This document shows positions 1 through 11,932 of a stretch of 64,000 nucleotides of DNA, in pieces. The DNA is taken from assembly GCA_013265495.1 (NCBI GenBank), contig MU061579.1:124001-188000 (forward strand), written 5' to 3'. The first letter of the stretch is position 1. Each line of letters begins with the position of its first letter. The DNA is from Vicugna vicugna. Taxonomy: Eukaryota. Below the pieces are notes generated by a model that was given only the letters and a program-made list of their open reading frames with translations, searched no databases and had not been told where the DNA came from. The translations under genes were made by a program, and so were the position numbers.

Positions 1-25
1 ACAACATGCTTTCTCCTATCCACTG

Positions 26-26
26 G

Positions 27-57
<31 letters not shown>

Positions 58-58
58 G
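26..58. repeat. (CTGT)n(CTAT)n compound microsatellite
   Basis: Read directly from the sequence. Confidence 0.9.
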
Positions 59-1126
59 ATGTGCAGAAAAAACTGAACTTATAAATAAGGTGATCAAAAT
101 TTCTTCAGCAGTTATACTCAGAACAACTTTTTATGATCCTCCTTGAGATCCTAATACATTTGTGTTTGTCACACTCTGTAAATACCAGTGTACTGTGACT
201 GTTTTAAAAAGCATGGTGACAATTAATCTTTTTATATTAGACTTCGGTGGATTTTGCATTGCGGATAAAAAAGCAACTATTGATATGGCTGCAGTAGACC
301 TTAAAGATAATTTAGACAAGAGAGATAATGTGATATACCCAAATCCATCATGAGCTGCAGCTAGAATTCTCCTCTCCTATTTCTTACATCAATTTCTTAA
401 AATGTGAATTAATCGGTAGTGGAAAAGTATTAGATTTATATATTCACATGTATAAAATACATAGATACAGAGCTTGGCTGTTTCATTTGATATATTTAAT
501 AAAGGAAATGACAAGGAATAAAATGTCTCCTAGCACCTGCATCACAGATGTTAGCAGAGTTGGAGAGACTCAGCACTATTATAGACTGGTGTATTAAAGC
601 AGTGCTGCTTGGTCACATTTTACTCAAATGCAGTTCTGACAGATATTAGTGAGTATGAGTGAGAGAAAAAGTTACTTGAAGATAATTGGGAAGGTACCGA
701 GGGTTGGATGGAGAGCGAAGTCTGGAATGGGGATGTTAGGGGCTTGAACATCAGCTGGCTCTTTCTCTCAACCCCATCTCCCTTTCTCTCTCTTTAGCTT
801 TGAACTTTATTCCCACTCACTTTGCAGGAGAGTGGCCTGCGCTCACATTTTCTGATTCCCACAGTCAGAATGAGAAGGAACCATTGTGACAAGCTACAGT
901 ACAATAAAACGAGAAAGGGCACAACTCGGTTTCTCATGGGAGATTTCCTATCAATGAACTATTTCCTCTGGCTGTGTAGGTGAGGTGAGGCAATCAGAAG
1001 ACAGCTTGCTTTCAGGCCTCTTCACTTTTCTGGAATAATGAAGACTTGTTTCTCAAAGTGGCTGGAGTGAGTTACCAATGACCCCAGAAAGAATCAGTGG
1101 AAGTTAGGTAGACACTCCTCCCCAAC

Positions 1127-1168
1127 CTCCACCACCACCACCACCACCACCACTACCACCACCACCAT
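1127..1168. repeat. (CCA)n microsatellite
   Basis: Read directly from the sequence. Confidence 0.95.
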
Positions 1169-1567
1169 TTGAGTATACTAATCTGAATAACATGATGTGT
1201 TGGATAAAAACATGCTCAACATAATCTAAGAGTAGGCTTCCAATACCATAGACCACTGCTTGTTTCTTAGTTACAAGCACGGGACAATTTCACTGAAATT
1301 TTCCTTTATTTGATTCTGAAAAGGTCATTGATATTTCTATTCCAAATCAAATTGCATAGCAATATGAAAATGCTCAGAGATTTAGGGTTGCATGAATGGT
1401 TTTGAATATTCCTGCAGGGTGTAACAGCAGAGCTGACCGGGGCCCCTCAGGCCCCCTGCTAGGCACAGCCACATCATTTATCACATGCCGCGTTAGGGAT
1501 GAAATAACAAGTTTGATATTAAATTGGCAAAAAAACCCAAAAACTAAGAAACAAAAATCAGCTCACT

Positions 1568-2167
1568 TGTTACTGAAGCACAGGTCCTTGCTTCATGACA
1601 GAGAGAATTCAGAGACAGACAGGGAGGCCAAGTAAGCAAAGCCAGGATTTCTTAAGCGACAGCACAGTCCCAAGAGGGCGAGCAGCACAGTCCCAGGAAG
1701 GGAGCAGCTGCTCTGAGTTCCTTTGGCAGGTGGGTTATATGTGGTGTGAAAATGACTGGGCAGAATATTCATCGAGGAGGGAGAGGGGTTTCGGGGGTAC
1801 TTTCCTGGTTTTCATCCCAGCTCCTCCTTCTGGAAGGGGTGGGGAGTTTTTGCCCTTATTTGGCCTCACTCAGAACTGTCATGGCATCAGTGCCTGACGG
1901 GTGCTTCTTATTTGCAAGGCTGATGTTAGTGTAATGAGGGCATAATGAGCAAAAGGTTGCATTCAGGGTGCTGGAGGTTCCCACCTTTCTTTGTTTGCCT
2001 CTAAGACCCCTGTAGCTCACAAGATGTATGGTTTCCTGTCAGCCCAGAGGTTCCTGCTTTTCTTTGTTTGCCCCTAAGACCCCTGTTGTCTCAAGATGAA
2101 TGGTTTCCTGCCACTCGACCCATGCCCTCCCTCTCTGCTCAGGTCTGGCTAACTGCCTGCTCTAACA
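1568..2167 (-). mobile_element. Solo LTR, ERV1-like
   Basis: TGTTA...TAACA inverted termini; 4-bp flanks CACT/CTCT (1 mismatch); internal ~73-bp direct repeat. Confidence 0.8.
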
Positions 2168-2204
2168 CTCTCACATATTGCTGCACATTTTTAAAAACTT
2201 TTTT

Positions 2205-4750
2205 TGGTATGACAGTTTTTTTTTAAAGCAAGTTAAAATTCACAGCACATTGAGGGAAAGGTGCAGCGGTTTCCCATCTATTCCCTGCCACCACATGTGT
2301 GTAACCTCCCCGTTTTTAACGTCTCCCACCAGGGCGGCACATTTGTTACAAATGATGAACCTACACTGATACATCACGAATACCCAAAGCCCACAGTTTG
2401 CATTAGGGATCACTCTTGCCATACCTTCTGTGGGTTTGAACAGCCGTATAATGACATGTAGCCATTATTGACTGAAAAATATGTACAATGTGAGAGTTGG
2501 GAGTGGAGTTTTATTTGGGGCAAATTGAGGACTAGATCCTGGGAGACAGCATCTCAGACAGCTCTGAGGAACTGCTCCGAAGAGGTGAGGGGAGCGTCAG
2601 TATTATGTATGGTTTTAGTGAAGGCGGGGTACATGCAGTCAAGCACACATTCTGGAAGACGCTTGCAAGGAGCAGATGTCTCTGGTCATGGTTTTAGTGC
2701 TTTTCTAGATATGAGAAGATGTAAGAATTTGGGCTCATAAAATCTTTTGACAATATCTATCTGAAGGCCTGTTCTGCCAGTTTTTCCCAGAACACAGAGC
2801 GCTTCATTCCAGATCTCCACCCTGACCTCCCTTCAGGGTGTGTTGAAGGTGAGTGGCTGCAGCAGTTTGTGATTTTAATCCTGTAAAGACTCATGGCGAG
2901 TGCTAGTTTTTAGTTGGTGGCATCATGAGGGTATCATCCGTAGTATTTCCATTGCCTGAAAAATCCCCTGTGCTCTACCTGTACCTTTTAACCCCTGGTA
3001 ACTCTGATCTTTTAACTGTCTCCATAGTTTTACCTTTTCCAGAATATGGTATATTTGGAATCTTGTAGTATGTAGCCTTTTCAGATTGGCTTGTTTCACT
3101 TAGTAATATGCATTTACGTTTCTTCGTGTCTTTTTATAACTTGATAATTCATTTCAATTTAGTGCTGAATAATCTTCCATTGTCAGATGTACCACTGTTT
3201 ATTTATCCATTCACCTACTGAAGGATGTCTTGGTTGCCTCCAAGTTTTGGCAGTTGTAAATAAAAAGCTACGGTAAAAATCTGTGTGCAGGCATTTGTGT
3301 GGACATAAGTTTTCAACTCCTTTGGGTAAATACTAAGGAGATCAGTTGCTGGATCACATGGTAAAAGTATGTTGAGCTTTGTGAGAAACTGCCCACCTGT
3401 CTTCCAAAGTGGCTGTACCACTTTGCGTTCCCACCAACAAAGGATGTGAGTTCCTATTGCTCCATGTCCTTGTCAGAATTTGGTGTTGTCAGTGTTCTAG
3501 ATTTTGGTCATTCTAATAGGTGTGTGGTAATATTTAATTGTTTTAATTTTGAATTGTCATAATGACATGGTATATAAGCATCTTTTCACATGCTTATTTG
3601 ACATCTGTATCTTCTTTACTGAGGTGTCTATTAAGGTCTTTGGCCCATTTTTTAAATTGCATTTTAATTTTTTTATTGTTGAGTTTTAAGAGTTCTTTGT
3701 ATATTTTGGATAATAGTTTTTTATTAAGTTGTGTCTTTTGCAAATGCTTTATCTGACAATTTGGTTTGCCTTATTTTCTTGACATTGTCTTTTATGGAGC
3801 ATAATTTTTTAATTTTAGTGATATACAAGTTATCAATTATTTCTTTTATTGAGCCTGCCTTTAATGTTTTATCTAAAAAATTGTGTCATCATACCTAATG
3901 TCATCTAGTTTTTCTACTGTGTTATCTTTTAGCAATTTTATGGTTTTGCATTTTACCTTTAGGTCTGTGATCCATTTTGAGTTCAATTTTGTGAAAGCCG
4001 TAAAGTCTGTGTCATTTTTTTTTTAAATATGCAGTTGTTCAGTTGTCCCAGGATTGTTTGTTGAAAAGACTATCTTTGCTCCTTTATCAAAGATTAGTTG
4101 CGAATATATCTCTATGTATGTCTATTTCTGGGCTCCCTGTGTTATTCTGTTGATCTATTGGGCTATTCTTTCACCAACACCACACTCTATTGATTTCTAT
4201 AGCTTTATAGTAAGTCTTAAAGTTGGGTAGTGTCAGTTCTGCAACTTTGTTCCTCTCCTTCAGTGTTGTGCTGGCAGTGCTGGATCTTTCCTCTTTCCTT
4301 ATAACTTTAGATTCGATTTTTCAGTATCCACATTAAAACTTGCTGGGATTTTGTCTGGGATTACACTGAATCAAGTTGGGAAAAACTGACATATTGGCGA
4401 TATTAAGTCTTCTTTAAGAACATAGCCTCTCTACATTTATTTACTTCTCTTTGCCTTTGTTTGTCAGAGTTTTATCATTTTCCTCAAAGAGTTCTTTGCA
4501 TATTTCATTAGGTTTATACCTAAGTGTTGTACTTTTTTGGGGTGCTAATGTAAATGATATTGCAGTTTTAGTTTCAAATTCGACTTGTCCATTGCTCATA
4601 TAGAGGAAAAAACAATTAAATTTTGTATATTAACCATATATCCTGCAACCTTACCATAATTGCTTACAAGCTCCAGTAGTTTTTAAATCTTTTTCAGATG
4701 TTCTCCGTAGACAGTCACATCATCTGTAAACAAAGACTGTTTGGTTTCCA
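2205..4750 (-). mobile_element. Old LINE-1 (L1MC1-like 3' UTR plus ORF2 3' part), split by an LTR
   Basis: L1MC-type 3' end text (catttgttacaaatgatgaacctacactga); minus-strand ORF 3215-3421 VQPLWKT...YPKELKTYVHT matches the L1 ORF2 C-terminus. Confidence 0.85.
2466..2922 (-). mobile_element. Solo LTR (ERV1-like) nested in L1MC
   Basis: T(A/G)TTGAC...GGCA termini; flanks CCAT/TCAT; minus-strand AATAAA near 2511-2516; L1 sequence resumes on both sides. Confidence 0.75.
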
Positions 4751-5070
4751 TGATATTCCTGGAACATTCCAGGCTAACTCCTGCTTCAGAGTTTTCTCTC
4801 TTACTGTTTCTTGTACATGGGGATTCTAATAGATACAATTACGGCTTACTTCCTTACCTACGTACACTTTCAGATCTTTATTCAAACATCATCTTCTTTC
4901 TAAGAAGGCTCTTATTTTCTAATATTACAGCACATACCACAGGGAACTACAGTGTTCATGCTTCTGGCTGTTTCACTGGATGATAAGCTAGTTGGTGCCA
5001 AGCACTCTGTTTTATAGTCCTCATGGTGTATCAGACATCTGGCAGAGTGCATGGCATCTAGCAGCTTCCT
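4750..5070 (+). mobile_element. Degenerate L2 3' fragment
   Basis: L2-like pyrimidine-rich text ending cagagtgcatggcatctagcag. Confidence 0.45.
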
Positions 5071-5094
5071 GCGGTAGAAACATACACATCCATG

Positions 5095-5625
5095 GTGTCG
5101 TGGTTGAGGGCACTCATTTGGAATGAGACCAGCATGTCACTGAATCCTGTTTCCCTCACTTTACACTTGTGTTAATTTGCTCAGATGCCAATTGATTATC
5201 ATTTTATTCCTTTTTAAAATTAGTTTTATTAGTTATTTTGCTGAGACACTCATTTGCAATTGCTTCATATGTAAAAATGGGGAAAATAAAAGCAGCGAGC
5301 TCAGAGGACTGTTGTGAGCATGCAAGTGCCTACTGCAGCGTCTGACACATGGAAAGTACTCAGGGAACCTTAGCTGTTGGCATAGCACGAGGGGTGGGGG
5401 GGGCGTGGACTCCAGAGCAAACCATCTAGATTCGAATGGCAGCCTCATCAGGCGAGCTGGGTGACGCAAGTTGCTTCACCTCTGCAACTCACACGCTTAC
5501 CTGTAAAAATTGAGGTTATAATAGTTTATAACTTATAGAGTTATTCTGAGAATTATTTGAGTTATGCAAGGATATACATAAAATAGCTCTTGGTTCCTAT
5601 AATAAGCACTTTATAAACATTTATT
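5095..5625. mobile_element. Cluster of MIR SINE fragments
   Basis: MIR core motifs (catatgtaaaaatgggga, acctgtaaaaattgagg, gcaagttgcttcacctct). Confidence 0.65.
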
Positions 5626-5819
5626 ATTACTTATTTGCAAATTGCGATGGGGGCTTTACTAACACCCATATTTCCCAAGCTCTGCCAATAGACTCCTTTT
5701 TCTCTTTTTTTTTAGTGTAGGATTAATTTCTTTTTTTTAATTGAGCTGTAATCAGTTACAAGTTGACAATTCTTTTATTTTAATACATTTTTTCCAATCT
5801 GTGGGAAAATCCTGAAATG

Positions 5820-6500
5820 TTAGTATACACCTAACACAACCTTATTTCAGTCTCTTATCAGGCTGGGTCTGGGCGATTGCCACAGTCTCCTAATAGCCTC
5901 CTGTTTTCCTGTTTTCTTTCTCCCAAATCCATCCTCTGACTTTCCTTTAGGTGATCTCCCTGATAGCCGCTCCCATCCTTAAAGTGCCTCAATGACCCTC
6001 TCCTGCATAAATAAATTTCCTGCCTTAGGACACTCAACTATATTACTTGGTTTCTTTTTTCTCTTTTAGTATCTTTACAATCATAGAAGGCCCCTCCATT
6101 CCCTACCTGTCATTCTTACACCTTTGGATTTTTTCATATGTTGTTTCTTCTACTTAAAATTCTTTTCTCTCGTCTCTCTGATTTTGCCTGCTCAACTCCT
6201 GTCTAGCCTTCTAGACTCAGCACACGTGACATTTTCCCTGTCACTCCCCACACAACATAAGCCCAGTTAAGCAACCTGACCCTGTGGTCTAAGAACAGGC
6301 CACTGATATTTGTGTTTTTATTTGTTTTATCGACTAGATTTTCTTTTCTCCTTTCCTTTCCTTTCCTTCCTTCCTGTCTTTCTTTCCTTCCTTCCTTTCT
6401 CTCTTTCTTCATCTGAACAGCCAATGTGGAGCCTTACTTTTCCTTGCATCCGCAACACCTTCCAAAAATGCTAGTTGTGAATAGGTTTTTATCAAAGAAA
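5820..6500 (+). mobile_element. Degenerate L2 with embedded (CTTT/CCTT)n tract at ~6340-6410
   Basis: L2-type motifs (cacagtctcctaatagcctcc, ctcaactcctgtctagccttc). Confidence 0.55.
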
Positions 6501-7159
6501 GGCGAATGGTCTTTGAAATTATGTAGCACTTATTAAATAATACTAGTGACTACCTTTTTCTAAAAATGTAGCACTTGTCTTAAATCCATTGTGAAACAGA
6601 TAGATGCACTGTTCCACTTCCTTCCCCATAAGTCCTGAGGGATGCACTTTCCGTAGATTATAAGATTTGATACAAATGTAAAGACTCTCTGGTGTTAGGA
6701 AATTATGTGTAAATGGTATTTTAATATGAAGCTAAATGTTCACGTAACATTATGGAAATCAGAACACAAATCAAATGCTATGAATTAGACCCGTATGATT
6801 AAAGAAGCTGTGGGGCTTGCTCTGCAATGTCAGAAACATCAGGTCAATTCGAGAATTTGATGAAAACTCAAATAAACTATTTCCTTTCAAAGTATCAGTA
6901 GCCTATGGTACAGAGAGGAATAAACGACCAGCTTCAAATCAGAGAACCTGGCCAGAATCTATGTCTTTAAGCTAATAATTGCTTAATGCAATCTAGAGGG
7001 AGATAATACTCTTTAGAATACGGTTACTTTTTTGAAGGTGTCCAGCACTTTCCCAAAGTATGCTTAAATTATAACTACCATTTTATTTGTAGAAGAGCTT
7101 CCTGAAAGCAGTTGATCATTATGATCCGTACTTGCCTTTCTCTTAATTAATCATGCAAA

Positions 7160-7350
7160 ATACAACTGGCTTTGAAATTAAATAGCCTTGTGTTGAAACC
7201 AAACTCTTACTGGAACTGGTTATGCGAGCTTGGATAAATTATTTACGTTTTCCATGCCTCAGTTCCTACATGCCTCATGGGTAAAATAAACAATAACAAC
7301 GTCCTCAATGCATTCTGGGAAATACGATTGAAGCTATTGTATCATTTAAA
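7160..7350 (+). mobile_element. MIR
   Basis: cttggataaattattta...catgcctcagttcct...gtaaaataa. Confidence 0.6.
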
Positions 7351-7816
7351 AACTTTCAGTTGCGTTAATAGAAGATCTCAGTAGAGAAGGTAAAAGAGTG
7401 TTAATTAATGCATGAATTATTGAAATGAAATTGAACAAATTGAGTCAAGCACCAGTCCCTGAGCAAACTGCCCTGGTGGCTAGCGAAATGGACTGGGCTT
7501 ACTGGCTATGGCCTGGGTGCCGTGTCCTTCTATATCATTCAGGGTTCAATCATGGAAGCATAATTACATACTCAGTAGGTTATGACATGTAAGTATTAGG
7601 GATTTGGCCTTGTGCAAATGTTGGGTTGGGTTAAGCAGCCTCTGCAAAGCTGTTGCCTTCTGTTTACATAACTAATGATGATGAGCTTGAAGTCAGAGGG
7701 CAAGCAGTGAGGAAGGTAAGGTGAGTGTACAGAGAAAGCTGGAACCCACAAACACAAACCAAAAGCCTAGGAAGAGAGACCGAATCCTGTGTCAGTCCTT
7801 CCTGCCCCGGCTGTTT

Positions 7817-8255
7817 TGTTAGAGGAAGCTACTGCTAAGACATAATTGCCAACTGCTTCGCAAGCTGGACCTAGGCGATCAGAGGCTCCTCACTCCCCAC
7901 CCCTGTCCTAGGAGTGTACATTCTGCCCAGAGTTATCACAGCTGGAGCCATTTTCAGAGACACAACCTTGAGAGAGCAGTGTGTTGTCAAGGCCATCTGG
8001 GTGGTTCTCATGACTCAACCCAGTTAAGGACTCTCCATAAACTTTTAAGACAGACAGTTGCATGCAGAGATCTACTTTTTCTTTTTTTCTTGCCACCGCC
8101 CAAGAAAAGTCCCATATGTGAGATCCCTTGCTTTTTAAACCTGCCTCCTACCAATCTAGAGCGGTCTGCCTCAATCTCCAATCTTTCCTTGTCCTCCGTG
8201 TACAGAGGACAGTTTCAGATTTTACTTGGGAAGTCTCTGAAGTTTTGAACCAACA
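7817..8255 (+). mobile_element. 5' LTR of a class III (ERVL-like) provirus remnant
   Basis: TGTTAG...CAACA termini, followed 2 nt later by a primer-binding site. Confidence 0.8.
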
Positions 8256-8257
8256 GT

Positions 8258-8275
8258 TGGTGAGCCAACCAGGAG
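8258..8275 (+). other. Retroviral primer-binding site, tRNA-Arg(ACG)
   Basis: TGGTGAGCCAACCAGGAG vs TGGCGAGCCAGCCAGGAG (complement of the tRNA-Arg-ACG 3' end): 16/18. Confidence 0.85.
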
Positions 8276-8459
8276 AACAAAGCAATGGGACTTTGGAAAG
8301 AGACATCTGCTGGGGAAATCCTGGGCTGGCCATTGACTTCTCAGTGGCTTATATGTTAGATGCTTGTGGATTGACATGTGAGTACAGTGTTGCCCCCAAA
8401 CCGCCGGCTGGTTAGATGCACTTGTTTGAGGAACTGTGTACAAGGCTCTGTGACATAGA

Positions 8460-8780
8460 AGGGAAACAAATGGTTGTTGCATTGGGCAGTCTCTCCTGTG
8501 GGCAGGTTGGCTAGAGAAGGATGCCCAACCAGAGGCTGAAGCTCCAGTTAGAAAGTTGGAAGAAGAGCTGAGGTTAGAGAGGGACACGCAGGTGTTCACT
8601 GCTCTGCCAACTTTGGGGCTGGCAGACAAGGTGGGAGAACAGGATAATAAACTGAAGACCTTAATGCGTCATTTTGCAAAATTAGGAGGAAGCAAGCTGC
8701 TGCAGATTAAGGTCTGAACACTTGTGACAAAGCCTGATTGGGATGCTGGGGGTGGAATCCTTGGGAGAGTGAGGACAGCT
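8460..8780 (+). pseudogene. Decayed ERVL-like gag N-terminal region
   Basis: Translates ...VRKLEEELRLERD...QIKV*TLVTKPDWDAGG/WNPWES, resembling the ERV-L gag KVRAL..WD..W motif; has a stop and a frameshift. Confidence 0.6.
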
Positions 8781-9048
8781 AAGAGGAGGATGTTGTGGTG
8801 GTGGACAGTGAAAGGAACAGAACTTCCTGTGCTGTCCAGCCTCTAATACAAAGGAAACCAAAAGCACAGAAACAACCACCCAGCCCCACAAAATATCTGT
8901 CTTTTCAATCATTGACTTCTGCTGTCCAGTCATGGGACGGGCACCTGACGGAAATGCCTATAGTACACCCACTTGTATGCCAAGCAAATAAACCGAACTG
9001 TTTGGTGTGTGGTTATACTATGGAAGCCAGGGGTTTTCCTCACTAAGA

Positions 9049-9082
9049 TACACACACGCACATACACACACACACACACACA
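9049..9082. repeat. (CA)n microsatellite
   Basis: Read directly from the sequence. Confidence 0.9.
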
Positions 9083-9476
9083 GTTGGCAAACCCAGTGCT
9101 GTCTCAAATTAAAGAAGTAAGTCAGCAGACCAACAACAACATGTATGAACTACAGAATGGCTGCTGCTTCCTTTCTGCCTTCCAGATTTCCCAAGAATCT
9201 TCATGTGGCCACTTGAACTAGAAACACACAATAAAGAGAATTCTGTTAAATATAGTTCAGCCTAGGAAATAAACACATTACAGAGCCTCCATACAGCTTT
9301 AGAGCTAGGGTGGGAATCAGCCTCTGCAAAGAGCAAAGAATGAGAGACTCAGAGAAGATTATATTCTTACCGAAAGAATGGACAATGCAGATGTGGTGGT
9401 GACAGCAAGATATCTCCAGTGGATCTACTTAAATTGTCCAAGGTTGAGCCTACTGCAGGATGAACACTCTCTCTTG

Positions 9477-9859
9477 ATTTTACCTCTTCTCTTCCAATTT
9501 GGATCCCTCTTATTTTATTTTATTGTCTGATTGCTATGGCTTGGACTTCCAATACTGTGTTGAGTAGCAGTGTTGAGAGTGAGCATTCTTGTCTTGGTCA
9601 ATATTTTAGCAGAAATGCTTTCATATTTTCAGCATTAAGTATTAAGTTGACTGTTTGGTAGTGTCTTTGGTTTTGGTATCAGGGTGATGGTTGCTTCATA
9701 GAATGAGCTTGGGAGTGTTCTCTTCAGTCCTTTGGAAGATTCTGAGAAGGACTGATACAAGTTCTTCTTTGTATGTTTGATAGAATTCCCCAGTGAAGCC
9801 GTCAGGTCTTGATTTTTGTTTGCAGGAAGTTTTTTTTTTTTTTGTATTACTGATTCTAT
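9477..9859 (-). mobile_element. 5'-inverted segment of a LINE-1 (ORF2), with an internal deletion near 9654
   Basis: Minus-strand ORFs give [16 protein letters not shown] and [13 protein letters not shown], both L1 ORF2 motifs. Confidence 0.9.
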
Positions 9860-11932
9860 TAAAATTGTCACTATATGCAGACAACATGATATTATATGTA
9901 GAAAACCCTAAAGATACCACACAAAAACTACTAGAGGTTATAAAAGAATTCAGCAAAGTAGCAGGATACAAGATTAAAGTACAGAAATCTGTTGCATTTC
10001 TTTACAATAGCAATGAAATACAGAAATGGAAAGTTAAAAAAATCCCTTTTAAAATTACATTAAAAATACTTAGGAATAAACCTGACTAAGGAGGTAAAAG
10101 ACTTATATGTGGAGAACACAAAGCACTGATGAAGGACTTTAAAGATGATTTAAAGAAATAGAAGGATATCCCATGCTTTTGGATTGGAAGAATTATTATT
10201 GTTAAAATGGCCATACTACACCAAGCAATTTACAGATTTAATGTGATCCCTATCAAATTACCCAGGACATTCTTCATAGAACTAGAATAAATAATCCTAA
10301 AATTTATATAAAATCACAAAAGACCCAGAATTGCAACTGAAGCAATGCTGAAGAAAAAGAACAAAGCTGGAGAAATGACCCTCCCAGACTTCAGACAGTA
10401 CCACAGAGGTGCAGTAATCAAAACAACATGGTACTGGCACAAAAACAGACGTATAGATCAATGGATCCGACTAGACAGCCCAGAAATAAACCTACAGACT
10501 TAGGGTCAGTTAATCTTCAACCAGAGATGTAATAATATGCAGTGGAGAAAAGATAGCCTCTTTGGCAAGTGGTGTTGGGAAAGTCGGACAGCCACATGTA
10601 AATCAATGAATCAACATTATCTCATACTGTATACAAAAATAAACTCAAAATAACTTAAGGACTTAAACATAAGGCACTATAAACCTCCTAGAAGGAAACA
10701 TAGGCAAACATTCTCTGACATAAATCTTAGCAATGTTCTCCTAGGGCTGTGTACCCAGGCAATAGAAGTAGAAGCAAAACTAAACAAATGAGACCTAATT
10801 AAACTAATGAGCTTTTGCACAGCAAAGGAAACCATAAACAAAACTAAAAAGACAACCTACAGAATAGGAGCAAATATTTGCCAGCAATGCGACTGACAAA
10901 GGCTTAATCTCCAGAATATACAAACAGTTCATATAACTCAATAACAACAAAAAAGTAAACAACCCAGCCAAAAATGGGCAGAAGACATAAACAAACATTT
11001 CTCCAATGAAGACATACAAATGGCCAATAGGCACATGCAAAAATGCTCAATATTGCTATTAGAAAAATGCAAATCAAAACTACAATGAGATATCACCTCA
11101 CACCAGTCAGAATGACCATTATTAAAAAGTTTACAAACAATAAATGTTGGAGAGGGTGTTGGAGAAAAGGAACCTTCCTACACTGTTGGTGGGAATGTAG
11201 TTTGGTGTGGCCATTATGGAAAACAGTATGGAGATTCTTTAAAAAAAAAATAGACTTACCATATGATCCAGCAGTCCCCCTCCTAGGCATATATCCAGAG
11301 GAGACTCTAATTCAAAAAGATACATGCACCTCAGTGTTCATAGTAGCACTACATACAATAGCCAAGACATGGAAACTACCTAAATGCCCACTGACAGATG
11401 GCTGGATAAAGAAGTTGTGCATATATACACACACACATACATACACACAATGGAATACTACTCGGCCGTAAAAAATAATACCATTTGCAGCAACATGGAT
11501 GGACCTGGAGATTGTCAATACTAAGTGAAGTAATCCAGAAAGAGAAAGAAAATACCATATGATATCACTTATATGTGGAATCTAAAAAATGGGACAAATG
11601 AACTTATTTACAAAACAGAAACAGACTCACAGACATAGAAAACAAACTTGTGGTTACCATGAGTCAGGAAAGAGGGGTGGAGGGAAAAATTGGGAGTTCA
11701 GGATTTGCAGATACTAACTACTGTATATTAAATAGATAAACAGCATAGTCCTACTGTATAGTACAAGGAACTATACTCAATACCTTGTAATAGCCTATAA
11801 TGAAAAAAGAATATGAAAAGAAATGTATATATGTATAACTGAATCAGTATGCTGCACACCAGAAATTAACACAACATTGTAAACCAAATGTACTTCAATT
11901 AAAAAACCTGAAAAACAAAAAGAAAAAAAAAA
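9860..11932 (+). mobile_element. Relatively young 5'-truncated LINE-1: broken ORF2 (RT to C-terminus), 3' UTR, A-rich tail
   Basis: [11 protein letters not shown] (RT FADD motif); [21 protein letters not shown] zinc knuckle; ORF2 ends ~11584; A-rich tail ~11901-11932. Confidence 0.95.

Larger units (their letters stand above)
7530..9290. mobile_element. Old LTR (LTR78/LTR79-like), in two pieces (~7530-7816 and ~9082-9290) around a nested ERV
   Basis: cagggttcaatc...ggttaagcagcctctgcaaagctgttg and gaatggctgctgcttc...aaatatagttcagcctag resemble the recalled consensus. Confidence 0.6.

Noticed and set aside
11043..11471. Longest ORF (142 aa) as a gene
   Set aside because: It is the C-terminal fragment of a broken L1 ORF2
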